A stretch of DNA of 64,000 nucleotides from an uncultured Clostridia bacterium (GCA_947627955.1 CANQXZ010000001.1:120477-184476), one strand, 5' to 3'. Counted from the stretch's first letter, positions 39,724-49,032 are shown. Notes: generated from the letters alone by a model not told the origin. A program made the numbers and translations.

Positions 39724-41468
39724 ACAACTACTCCTCCCTCATACTTGCGAGCATCTATTTCTTGATAGATAGCGCGACAGTGTTCATTAAGCAATGCGAT
39801 ATTGATATTTACATAATCAATTGCACGTTTGAACGAATCGTGGAACTTTAATTTGATGTCAATTGTTCCGTCATTGTGAATTTCGATAACGTCTACGAGA
39901 GAAATTAATATTCCTCGTGTCAGCTTCTCGAAATTTCTGTATTTTTTGAAATTGTGAATGAATTCATTAGAACCGTCAATGCCATGTCTTTCACGCTCCA
40001 AAGTGGTACGGAGCACTTTAATATTTTGATTTACGGTATTTAATTCAGCCTCATATTTCTCTTTTAAAAGAAGATATTGCGATTTCGAAATTAGTTCCCT
40101 CTTGAAGTCTGGATACAGATCCAATAGAATACTTTCGAGCTTAGTTTTTTCTTTTTCTTTGTCATGCAGCAATATTTCAATTTTTGATGTCGCAAGCTTT
40201 TTACGAGGCGAACTATTTATTTGATTAAGGAATTCTTCGATATTAACTGCAATGTTGACATAGTTTGAAATCACAGAGAATACGACTTGCTCAAGAACAT
40301 CAGAACGTATTGTGTGTCTGGTACAACCTGATTTTGTCATAAAATCATAAGTGCCGCAAATGTAGTAGTGATATTTCTCTCGTGCGGATTTTCTACTCGC
40401 ATTTTTCTTTACCATTTGCCGACCACAATCCGCACACCGTAAAAAGCCTGCAAACAATGCAAGTTCCTTTGTCTTCTGAGAAATTCGTAAATCACGATTT
40501 ATCAGTTCTTGAATGCTGAAAAACAAGGTTTTATCGACAATGGCTTCATGATGGTTTTCAATGATGACCCATTTGTCTTCACTTAATTTCCTTATCTTTT
40601 TAACCTTATGATTAACTTTTTCGTATTTACCTTGTACTAAATCCCCGGTATACATTCTGTTTTGAAGTATATTCTTGACGGTTTGTATGCTCCAAAGTCC
40701 GCCATTGTTGTTAGGATGATGGTAATTGGGATACTTAAGCCTCTTATATGTTGTCGGATTCGGGACACCCATTTCATTCAACTTGAATGTAATCATTCTA
40801 TATGATAAACCTTCGGTAAACCACTGAAAAATCTGCCGCACAACGTCGGCTGAATCCGGATCAATTAAGAGTTGCCCACGATTTGATTTATCTCGAACAT
40901 ATCCGTATAGAGCAAAGCCGCAAATGTATTCTCCATTTTCACGTTTTGCAACAAACGTACTGCGAATTTTGTTAGATATATCTCGACAATACTCTTCATT
41001 CATTACGTTCTTAAAGGAAACGGAAATGTTGTTCATTGAACTTGGATACAAGTAACTGTCGATATTATCTACAACCGAAATGAAACGGATGTCCATGACA
41101 GGGAAAAAGACATCGAGATACTGTCCCGCTTCGAGGTAATTTCGCCCAAATCTCGATAGATCTTTTACAATTACGCAATTTATGTGTCCTAACCTGATAT
41201 CTTCCAGCATTCTTTGGAATTCGGGTCTATTGAAATTTGTACCAGTATATCCATCATCCGAATATTCTGAAACAATTTGAATATCCGGATTTTCCAATAG
41301 AAAGTCCTCCATGATGAGCCGCTGGCTATTTATACTGTCACTTTCAGGTTTGCTCTCGTCATCTTTGTCGCCGTCTTCTTTCGAAAGACGTAAATAAAGC
41401 CCTGCCTTCCACGTTATAGTGGATGGCATGGCTTTGTCCCTATTAACATATTTACTTGTACGTGCCAT
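39720..41468 (-). CDS. large serine recombinase
   Basis: 582 aa with LYLRLSKEDGD (41399-41367), VKDLSRFGRN, a Zn-ribbon (CADCGRQM...CGTY) and a C-terminal coiled coil. Confidence 0.93.
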   Translation of the reverse strand: MARTSKYVNRDKAMPSTITWKAGLYLRLSKEDGDKDDESKPESDSINSQRLIMEDFLLENPDIQIVSEYSDDGYTGTNFNRPEFQRMLEDIRLGHINCVIVKDLSRFGRNYLEAGQYLDVFFPVMDIRFISVVDNIDSYLYPSSMNNISVSFKNVMNEEYCRDISNKIRSTFVAKRENGEYICGFALYGYVRDKSNRGQLLIDPDSADVVRQIFQWFTEGLSYRMITFKLNEMGVPNPTTYKRLKYPNYHHPNNNGGLWSIQTVKNILQNRMYTGDLVQGKYEKVNHKVKKIRKLSEDKWVIIENHHEAIVDKTLFFSIQELINRDLRISQKTKELALFAGFLRCADCGRQMVKKNASRKSAREKYHYYICGTYDFMTKSGCTRHTIRSDVLEQVVFSVISNYVNIAVNIEEFLNQINSSPRKKLATSKIEILLHDKEKEKTKLESILLDLYPDFKRELISKSQYLLLKEKYEAELNTVNQNIKVLRTTLERERHGIDGSNEFIHNFKKYRNFEKLTRGILISLVDVIEIHNDGTIDIKLKFHDSFKRAIDYVNINIALLNEHCRAIYQEIDARKYEGGVVV

Positions 41469-41557
41469 AACTCTATCCCCAAATTTACTTGGCGATAGCT
41501 AAGACACTTTTAACACATTCAAATTATAGCACCTCGTCAAATAAATATCAAGCTGTT

Positions 41558-41812
41558 TTATATATTTTTAGTGAAAAATGTTTCCAAACACTTCTGTAGG
41601 GAAGGACCATCCTCGTTAAAATCAACCTTTACCGGCGTGGTACCGACCTTGAACAGATATGGATTCTTTATTTGTGCCATAAACGATAAGACTCGTTCAA
41701 GAACCGGTCTTGATGTGTCTATATGAACGGTTCTTATGTCAACAAGATCATCTATTTGAATATCGCCAATGTCGAGCGACTTATAATATTCCAGTTTCCC
41801 ACTATCAATCAT
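41558..41812 (-). CDS. small conserved hypothetical protein often found next to serine recombinases (DUF6870-like, from memory)
   Basis: 84-aa ORF containing IKNPYLFKVGTTPVKVDF. The assignment rests on recollection only. Confidence 0.45.
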   Translation of the reverse strand: MIDSGKLEYYKSLDIGDIQIDDLVDIRTVHIDTSRPVLERVLSFMAQIKNPYLFKVGTTPVKVDFNEDGPSLQKCLETFFTKNI

Positions 41813-41862
41813 TAATTAAATTTTCGACTTTTTCAAAAAAAATAAACTTAAAGTTTACCTTT

Positions 41863-42468
41863 TTATTTGTCGTCTCCCACAATAGAAATCAATTCAAGCC
41901 AAAACTCAATATCTTTATTCGGTGCAGACCAAAGCCGGATAGAAAGTATATTTATAGCCTGCTCTCTGAGCCTGTAATAATGTCGTGAGGACAGATTTAA
42001 TCGGTATAGCAGCTCGTTATGGTTTAATGATTCGGGAGCGATGTATGTTAAATAGATAAGCTCGTAAAGACGTTCTCCCTCTTCCGGCTTCTTTTTTAAG
42101 ACGGTAAGCGCCTCGTTGACTCGGTCCAAAATCAATCTGGTTTTACGAATGCTTTCCATGCGGCTTTCGATTTTGCGATTTCCAAAAGTCATTTCAATAT
42201 CTAATCGCTCAATCATTTCATCAATGCCCTCGAATGGCTGTTCAAGCTCCTCAGCGACCGTTTCAGGGAAACACTCAATCATCCAAGCAATGTTTTTATA
42301 ATGTTTTAAAAGCAACTCGGTGTTATGAAACATGGTTTGCTGCTTCTTCATCTGAGCATCCCTTGCTTTTTTATCTTTTATATTTTTATCTGCCAGCATT
42401 CCTTGCTTGGTAAATAGCTGTAAAATCATTTCCTGTTGTGATATGTGTTGCTGAATCTCTTTGCCCAT
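41863..42468 (-). CDS. putative sigma region-4-like/ArpU-like HTH regulator
   Basis: 201 aa. The C-terminal ERLYELIYLTYI...LSSRHYYRLREQAINILSIRL resembles a sigma-70 region 4 HTH. Confidence 0.35.
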   Translation of the reverse strand: MGKEIQQHISQQEMILQLFTKQGMLADKNIKDKKARDAQMKKQQTMFHNTELLLKHYKNIAWMIECFPETVAEELEQPFEGIDEMIERLDIEMTFGNRKIESRMESIRKTRLILDRVNEALTVLKKKPEEGERLYELIYLTYIAPESLNHNELLYRLNLSSRHYYRLREQAINILSIRLWSAPNKDIEFWLELISIVGDDK

Positions 42469-42563
42469 AATACTGACTCCTTAAATTGTGGTTTCAAATG
42501 TAAAAACGAACTTATTTCTCTGCATCTAATTGCAAAGACAAAGGTAGTCAAATTACGACAAAT

Positions 42564-42755
42564 TCATATCTTAAATTTTGAGATGTTCTTGATGATATGC
42601 ATTAAGATGTGCTGTCGTAAGTCCTCATCAAGAACACCATTTATGCGAGAACTGCAATTTATAAGCGGTGCATACATTTTCAATATTTTCTCTATTGCAG
42701 AATGATCGCCATAGACAGCTTTCTCTAGAATCATCCTGAATTGCTGTTCGTTCAT
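42564..42755 (-). CDS. conjugative-transposon HTH protein (Tn916 orf8-like, HTH_16 type)
   Basis: Starts MNEQQFRMILEKAVYGDHSAIEKILKMYAPLI at the ATG at 42755, one nt after the sigma gene stop. The longer ORF-track start was discarded. Confidence 0.6.
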   Translation of the reverse strand: MNEQQFRMILEKAVYGDHSAIEKILKMYAPLINCSSRINGVLDEDLRQHILMHIIKNISKFKI

Positions 42756-42756
42756 T

Positions 42757-43146
42757 TTACAAATCCCCGCCAAACTTGTTTTTGAGTTCTTTAATTGCAA
42801 GAGAACGCAAATTATATACATGCTGGATTGAGCAATTCAACTCTTCAGCAACCTCATCGGGTGTCATATTATGTACGAACAGCAACTCCAATAATCTGCG
42901 GCGTTGTGGGGCGAGCTTTTTGAAGGCTGACGACAAAGTATGGTTATCGAACTGAAAGCCCTTTTGGAGGCTCTCAATGCCCGCAGGCGGCTCGCACACA
43001 AGCTTATCAGTTATTCGCTCGTCTTCAATTGAAACCTCGTTAGAATGCCTGTTAATCTGTCTGATGTAATCGATCTTGGCTCTCTTCACCACTACTTTCA
43101 TCCATGCCGTAAATCTGCACCGCAATGCATCACTGTTAAAGTCCAT
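42757..43146 (-). CDS. sigma-70 family (ECF-like, Tn916 orf7-like) sigma factor
   Basis: ATG at 43146 behind an AAGGAG RBS. Region 4 reads LAPQRRRLLELLFVHNMTPDEVAEELNCSIQHVYNLRSLAIKELK. Confidence 0.75.
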   Translation of the reverse strand: MDFNSDALRCRFTAWMKVVVKRAKIDYIRQINRHSNEVSIEDERITDKLVCEPPAGIESLQKGFQFDNHTLSSAFKKLAPQRRRLLELLFVHNMTPDEVAEELNCSIQHVYNLRSLAIKELKNKFGGDL

Positions 43147-43234
43147 ATTGATTGCTCCTTTTGGCGTAAATGCCGTCGGAAGCAATCTATTTATGAATTT
43201 GTGTGACTTCCGCCGGTTGCGGCCAAGTCAAAAA

Positions 43235-43297
43235 GGGCAAAAAAAGAGTTTGAGCATACGGAATAAGCCCCTTAAGGCTTAGCCCTGCTCAAACTCA
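43235..43297 (-). terminator. long branched hairpin plus T-run: intrinsic terminator or attenuator upstream of the sigma gene
   Basis: Minus strand has GAGTTTGAGCA ... TGCTCAAACTC (43297-43287 with 43256-43246) enclosing an inner AAGCC/GGCTT hairpin. It is followed by TTTTTTTGCCCTTTTTG. Confidence 0.65.
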
Positions 43298-43513
43298 TAC
43301 TCGTCGATTCACGGTTTCAGATCATATTGCAGATAGTTTATTTAATTTTTCGTATGTCGTATGTCTTAACTTATGTACACACACTCCTTATCCAGTCTTT
43401 CATGGCTTATGATTGTGCCTAAATATACTCAGCAATATCCGAGCGCATATGCACATCATACATGATTTATAATGACGAATTTTTAAATGCTTTGTAAGAT
43501 AAAAGCTTTTAAT

Positions 43514-43540
43514 GTAAAAAAGAGCACAATCCAGTGCTCT
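43514..43540 (-). terminator. rho-independent terminator ending the cargo operon
   Basis: AGAGCAC/GTGCTCT stem abutting the stop codon at 43541-43543, followed by TTTTTTAC on the minus strand. Confidence 0.75.
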
Positions 43541-43735
43541 TCATTCTTCATCCTTTGCTTTGCTGATAAGCTTTATGGTAACGCTACCATCTTGTATATT
43601 TAATAAATATCGCCTATGACATTTATCACATTTAATTACACCATCTACGATCACGGCTGCATGTATAAGCAATTTATCACATTTTGGGCAGTGTATATAA
43701 CTCTTGTCATCTGAAGGTGCAATAATGTGTTCCAA
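43541..43735 (-). CDS. cysteine-rich KTR-type zinc-ribbon protein (Tn916 orf6-like)
   Basis: 64 aa with CPKCDK...CDKCHRRY (two CxxC pairs), like the small KTR proteins next to tet(M) in Tn916-family elements. Confidence 0.65.
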   Translation of the reverse strand: MEHIIAPSDDKSYIHCPKCDKLLIHAAVIVDGVIKCDKCHRRYLLNIQDGSVTIKLISKAKDEE

Positions 43736-43778
43736 TTAAATATCCTCTTGTGTTTTATAATTATATTTCATTATTTAA

Positions 43779-44699
43779 CTATTTTGATAATATAAACCTC
43801 ATTAGCATTGCTATTAATATAAAAATGAAGTTAGTAATAACCATAATGGGGAATAATATAACTAGCAGTAAAAATATAACACAACTGAAGATTATCGCTA
43901 CAGTCATTAACCCAATAATAGATAAATATAAAAAATACCTTTGAATTGAAAATAAGCGATATCCTCCAGCCATGCCAATATTGCTTTTCCCTAATGCAAA
44001 GTTCTCTGCCCATATACCATTAATGTATGACACAATCGTGGTCAAGTATCCTTTCATAGCCAGTGGGAATTCTGATAGTTTGGCAGTCATAGAAAAATCA
44101 AAGCTACAAAAAATGTTTGGTTTGCCAGAAAACGCCACTTTAAGATTCCTTATTGTTGCAACGATACCATAAAGAAGACAAACCAACAACATAAGCACAC
44201 AAAATAGCAGAATTAATAAAAAAGCCGTCCCAAAAAATGCAAGTAGTAACCCACCTTGAATAATAATGATAGCAAAAATAAGTGCTGTACCAAAGATAAG
44301 AGTTGCTGGTGCAACCATAAGCCACATCCATTTGCGGAACGATAATATTCGATAGCTGTGCGACTTAGTTACTGCATTACGTGCAATAACGAAGTTATCC
44401 AAAAATGCGTTTCTTGATGTCTCTTTATACAATGTAAACCATTTTAATAGAATTGTTGCAAAAACATTCCTTGCTGTTACTGTACCCAACCCTTTTGCTG
44501 CCGAAACAAAACTTTTAATATAGATGTAAATCGAATATGCTAATCCGACTGCAGCACCTATACTTAAAAAAATGATAAGACCTATATATCCGACATAAAA
44601 GAAAATTACAGCAAAAAAAGCGGCAAAAATAAGGAAAATAAGAAAACTTCCCAACACATCCACCATCGTTACTGCATACCCAGGTCTTCTCCAAATCAT
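43779..44699 (-). CDS. polytopic membrane protein, unknown function
   Basis: 306 aa with about 7 hydrophobic helices and no recognisable motif. Confidence 0.6.
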   Translation of the reverse strand: MIWRRPGYAVTMVDVLGSFLIFLIFAAFFAVIFFYVGYIGLIIFLSIGAAVGLAYSIYIYIKSFVSAAKGLGTVTARNVFATILLKWFTLYKETSRNAFLDNFVIARNAVTKSHSYRILSFRKWMWLMVAPATLIFGTALIFAIIIIQGGLLLAFFGTAFLLILLFCVLMLLVCLLYGIVATIRNLKVAFSGKPNIFCSFDFSMTAKLSEFPLAMKGYLTTIVSYINGIWAENFALGKSNIGMAGGYRLFSIQRYFLYLSIIGLMTVAIIFSCVIFLLLVILFPIMVITNFIFILIAMLMRFILSK

Positions 44700-44722
44700 A
44701 AGTTAACCTACCTTTGTGAAAA

Positions 44723-45067
44723 CTAAAATAGTGCTTTTAAAATGCATTGATATTCGTCCACATCCACATTAATTAACGACTTTTTGCCATCCGTAAATTC
44801 AATTGAAATCATATATCGTTTGACTGTAGAGCTCGAAGAAACAGACGCAAACATCCCAACTGCCCCAAAAACAGCACCGCCGACCGCTCCTTTTAAAAGA
44901 GTCTTCCAAAATGGATGTGTTTCAATATCGTTAATGATTTCGTAATTAGCAATGTTTGTTTTATTGACTGCAATTCTTTTTAGGTGATGCATAAAAAAGA
45001 GTTTGTTTCTATATGCTATTACGTCATAATTTACATAGTCACCCGCTATAACTTTACTTTTGCTCAT
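44723..45067 (-). CDS. small protein with a glycine-zipper TM segment, unknown function
   Basis: 114 aa with a central GAVGGAVFGAVGMFASV segment. Confidence 0.5.
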   Translation of the reverse strand: MSKSKVIAGDYVNYDVIAYRNKLFFMHHLKRIAVNKTNIANYEIINDIETHPFWKTLLKGAVGGAVFGAVGMFASVSSSSTVKRYMISIEFTDGKKSLINVDVDEYQCILKALF

Positions 45068-45083
45068 TAATGTGCCCCAATAT

Positions 45084-46091
45084 CTACCAACATATAAAAA
45101 CCATCTTATCCTTTATTGAAATGGACATCTGCAATGATTTATCTGTTGCATTCAATACCATCTTGCAAGCATTACTAATGCTTTGCATTAACTCACTATC
45201 ATTTATTGGAATATGCGAATAAAAATTAAAAGAATGCTTATCTGCAATAATACTAGCCTTCAGCTCATGTTTGAATTCATACAGCGATGATATCGTTTTT
45301 TCGGTGTGAAGGCTATCAATATTGCTGGCTTGCATTTGTTGAGAGCAATGGCTCCAAGTAGAATCGCAACGTGGCGTAGTTTTTCTGTCCCATTGGTGAT
45401 TAACCGCAATCTCTTCGTCAGTATAATTTAAATACAAATAGCTAAATGGTTTATACTTTTTTAAGTTTGCACCGAGCATAAAAGTTGCATCAAGATGATA
45501 AGTTTTATTATCTATCCATACTATATTCCAAGAATGAGGTCCACTCATCCCAGTATTATTATCAGTTGCCTCGCCATTAACAACTATAGATTCAATTCCT
45601 ATCCAACTAAGAACTAGCTTAACGGCCTTTGCAATACCACTACATTGACCTTTATTACTAGCAAGAACCGATGCGGCATTCTGATTATATTGATTATTAA
45701 TTTCATAGGTTGTATGTTGAAGCACATAGTCACAAACGGTACACACCTTTTTATAGTCACTTACACCTTTGGGTATATATGTGATTATTTCTGATTTTAC
45801 CCTGTCAATTTCCGTATTAATATTCCTAATTTGAAGTCGGTTATAAATATTATGTATGATTAACTCTGTGCAAAAACCTTGTAACCCGAAGTGTTGTGAG
45901 ATTTGCGGATTGAAAGGTATATGATAAAGTTCAGGATGGTCATTGTTTATAGCGACATAGATTTCAGATATTTCATGCGGAGCAAGACCATTGCAAAATA
46001 CGTGCTCTTTATATTTAGAGAATGCCTCACACATGTTCTCGTAATATTTCCTCTGATTGAGCGTTAATTTCATTTTCCAATATTCTTGCAT
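45084..46091 (-). CDS. transglutaminase-like cysteine protease superfamily protein
   Basis: 335 aa. The Cys-His-Asp arrangement is GQCSGIAKAV, GPHSWNIVWI and YHLDATF. Confidence 0.75.
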   Translation of the reverse strand: MQEYWKMKLTLNQRKYYENMCEAFSKYKEHVFCNGLAPHEISEIYVAINNDHPELYHIPFNPQISQHFGLQGFCTELIIHNIYNRLQIRNINTEIDRVKSEIITYIPKGVSDYKKVCTVCDYVLQHTTYEINNQYNQNAASVLASNKGQCSGIAKAVKLVLSWIGIESIVVNGEATDNNTGMSGPHSWNIVWIDNKTYHLDATFMLGANLKKYKPFSYLYLNYTDEEIAVNHQWDRKTTPRCDSTWSHCSQQMQASNIDSLHTEKTISSLYEFKHELKASIIADKHSFNFYSHIPINDSELMQSISNACKMVLNATDKSLQMSISIKDKMVFICW

Positions 46092-46163
46092 ATATTATTC
46101 TCCAATGCGCCAAACAAATTAATTTTTTAAGTAAAGGAATAATCCACCCAACTTGCTAATTGA

Positions 46164-47576
46164 CTATATTTTCCTGCCCCACTTGTTTTTTAAATTAATT
46201 GATGCACTGGCTTTATCAATAACCCATAGAATTGGATCCTCAACACCTACTGGCTTAAATGGACTTCCATCAGCCACATGGCCTAACGCACTACAGGTGA
46301 AGAACTGCATGCTTTTAAATTTTGATTTTAAACCATTTAAAAAGTTTTCCTCTTCATAATTAATTAAGAATTGTTCACAAACTCTATTTGTTGCTTCATA
46401 CGCAGAACTTATATGATTTAGTTGCATATAGTTTCGCACGGCAGTAGCACCAATTATTTCATCAAGTCCAGGTATATCGCATTTTGTAAATACTATAGCG
46501 ACATCAGCCTTAACAATGTTTTTGGATGTTAGGCAATGCATATTTTCAAGAGTTGTTATAAGTATACTTAATATATCGTCTAATTCATTTTCACTTGCAC
46601 CGTATTTAGAAAGATTTATTTTACGTTTTATTTCATTCCGATATTTGCGCACTGAAAGCGGATCAATAACTATTAAAAATGCATTCGCATATTTATATCC
46701 AATTTGTGAACCAATCTCTTTCAAGCTACCATAAGCTTCACCAGCTATATCGCATAACGAAATTAGATTATTTAACTTTTGCCCAGGTGGAGTTAAATAA
46801 AACTGATAATATTTTAATCTTAAATCTGCTGTTTTTATTGGCAATAAGCCTTTAGACATATTTAATTTAATATCATGAAAATCGTCATCGACTATTGTTG
46901 GATAACTAAAATCTAAACCATTAGGTTTTGAGGTTTTTTCAATTTGTGAAATAGCCATTCCAATAAAGCATGTCTTGCCAGCTTTTGCTCCTCCTATAAT
47001 TGGAATTAAAATTTCTTTATGTTTACCTCCATCTTTGAGTTTGGTTGAGCATTCAGGACAAATTGCAGTTAATTTTTGACGTCCGTTAAAAAAAGTTGTT
47101 GGAATTTTAGTCCCACATTGACATTTTCTTAGCAAAACGCCATATTTACTCGGACTTAAATTGCTATGAATTACCCCACATTTAGGACACGAATATGCCG
47201 GAAGGTTTAGTTTGCGTTGGCAAATTGGGCAAAATGACTCAATACCTATAGCTTTGCAATAAATTAAATCAACTAAATGCAAGATTAGACTTGCTAAAAT
47301 TGTGAATAGAGAGGCAACTGCTCCCCCTAATAAAGTAATTGAAAAAAAACTTATAAAGATTACTAGCAAAAATAGTGTTATTATAGAAAAAACTGGGATA
47401 TCACAAATTATTGATAAAATTACAATAAACGCATTATCACTAAATGTATCCTTAAATCTATTTACTTCATTTACAAATGGTTTAAATATTTTTTCTAATG
47501 ATAATTTAATTTTATTGTATGTATTAATGTAAAAATCACCAAGGAAATAATTATTATGCGCCGGTTGTATTTTCAT
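46164..47576 (-). CDS. membrane-anchored double-zinc-ribbon P-loop GTPase (paralog 2)
   Basis: 470 aa with N-terminal TM helices and CPICQRK..CPKCG..CQCG..CPECS ribbons. G1 is GGAKAGKT (46997-46968 region), G3 DIAGE, G4 TKCD and G5 CSALG. Confidence 0.75.
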   Translation of the reverse strand: MKIQPAHNNYFLGDFYINTYNKIKLSLEKIFKPFVNEVNRFKDTFSDNAFIVILSIICDIPVFSIITLFLLVIFISFFSITLLGGAVASLFTILASLILHLVDLIYCKAIGIESFCPICQRKLNLPAYSCPKCGVIHSNLSPSKYGVLLRKCQCGTKIPTTFFNGRQKLTAICPECSTKLKDGGKHKEILIPIIGGAKAGKTCFIGMAISQIEKTSKPNGLDFSYPTIVDDDFHDIKLNMSKGLLPIKTADLRLKYYQFYLTPPGQKLNNLISLCDIAGEAYGSLKEIGSQIGYKYANAFLIVIDPLSVRKYRNEIKRKINLSKYGASENELDDILSILITTLENMHCLTSKNIVKADVAIVFTKCDIPGLDEIIGATAVRNYMQLNHISSAYEATNRVCEQFLINYEEENFLNGLKSKFKSMQFFTCSALGHVADGSPFKPVGVEDPILWVIDKASASINLKNKWGRKI

Positions 47577-47586
47577 ATATCACCCA

Positions 47587-49032
47587 CTAATACTTTTTCT
47601 TTACACTAATAATATAATTAATCACACCGTAAGCAATAAGGGATAGAACAATAGCCCCTAAAATAATCCATACCCAAATCATTGTATCGAAAATTTCTAA
47701 ACTGCTAGAAAAATATGGTGTAGGATACCCATGTGATGTATCTTTCCAATTTGCAAAAGATTTTGGTAAATCAGTGCTAGTTACATTCTGCTCAGGCAAG
47801 GTATATATCCCTTCTACTTCGTTTGAATTATTGCCAATAATATTGCAACTGCTAGGCACTATATAGCAGTCGCTGAACTGAGCGGAATCAACAAAAGCAG
47901 TTAACTCCCCAACATACCTTAAACATTTGCCGTTTGATATTCCGGAGCATTCAGCATATACTAAACATGAATTAATAGTTGAATTTTTTACTCTACCAAC
48001 CAAGCCTCCTATTACTTGAAATGGTGTTCCACAGAGAGATGTTTTGGTTAAATCTGATTGTACTCTGCTTCCATAGGTGACACAGTTCTCAATTATTCCA
48101 TCCTCAGAATATCCAACAATACCACCACACAATGTTCCAAATGCACTTTTACCTGATACCCCATCCCCAAAAACGCTAAATCTATTTTTTAAGTAAATAG
48201 ATTGATCTATTATCGAATTATCAATTCCATTGTAATATTCACAACCAGAAATTAAACCTCCTTTATTTAGCCCAACAAGTCCACCAATATAAATATTGCT
48301 AACTGACCTATTACCTCCCATTACTATATCTTCTCGGATACCGGCATTCCATGCTTGATAACAATTTATAATGCTACAATTTAAAATCTCATTATAGTTA
48401 TAGCCAGCAATTATTCCAAAAGCGTTCGTTGAGCTGTTGGAAAAATTGAATTCACAAGATTCAAATCGCAAATTACAAATTTTTCCGTAATTGGAGCCAA
48501 CCAAGCCAAAACCCGAACTAGAATCTTTAACATTTGAAATTTTAAGATTTTTTATTGTATGTCCGTTGCCATCAAAAGTCCCATAATAATTCTGCAATTG
48601 TCCTAACCACGTGGGATTTTGCCCTTCAAAATCAATGTCGCTTTCTAAACAGTAATCTAATTTATCAGCATACGGTAAATTGCAAATTACATTAAATTCT
48701 TGAGAAGACTTAATATAAATTGTCCGCTTAGGAATTGTAGTTAAGCATATTATCATCATTGCAATAGCTATTAGAGTCAAAACTATAGTTGAGATAAACA
48801 TTATGATTTCTACTATGCCTTCACGGTCACTTGTATCCGGGAAAAAAGTAGCGGATAAATAAAATATAACCATACCAATAATCAATACAACACTTACTGG
48901 TATGAATATCCCTAAGATTCCACCAAAATGAATGCCTCCAAAAATTAGCGCAGGGCGAACCAAAGCAATTGCCATAACTATTATCATAGCAATAGGTGGA
49001 ATTAAAAATAGTTCTTTAATAGTCTTGATCAT
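47587..49032 (-). CDS. membrane protein with GLUG-repeat ectodomain
   Basis: 481 aa with about 3 N-terminal TM helices and one C-terminal TM helix. Five GLUG-like repeats: GLVGSNYGKICN, GIIAGYNYNEILNC, GGLVGLNKGGLISGC, GGIVGYSEDGIIENC and GGLVGRVKNSTINSC. Confidence 0.7.
   Translation of the reverse strand: MIKTIKELFLIPPIAMIIVMAIALVRPALIFGGIHFGGILGIFIPVSVVLIIGMVIFYLSATFFPDTSDREGIVEIIMFISTIVLTLIAIAMMIICLTTIPKRTIYIKSSQEFNVICNLPYADKLDYCLESDIDFEGQNPTWLGQLQNYYGTFDGNGHTIKNLKISNVKDSSSGFGLVGSNYGKICNLRFESCEFNFSNSSTNAFGIIAGYNYNEILNCSIINCYQAWNAGIREDIVMGGNRSVSNIYIGGLVGLNKGGLISGCEYYNGIDNSIIDQSIYLKNRFSVFGDGVSGKSAFGTLCGGIVGYSEDGIIENCVTYGSRVQSDLTKTSLCGTPFQVIGGLVGRVKNSTINSCLVYAECSGISNGKCLRYVGELTAFVDSAQFSDCYIVPSSCNIIGNNSNEVEGIYTLPEQNVTSTDLPKSFANWKDTSHGYPTPYFSSSLEIFDTMIWVWIILGAIVLSLIAYGVINYIISVKKKY

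Noticed and set aside
43300-43513. Ten-codon ATG frame (MKDWIRSVCT) as a leader peptide like Tn916 orf12
   Set aside because: It has no Shine-Dalgarno and no obvious coupling to either hairpin. It is kept only as a remark inside the dual-terminator finding.
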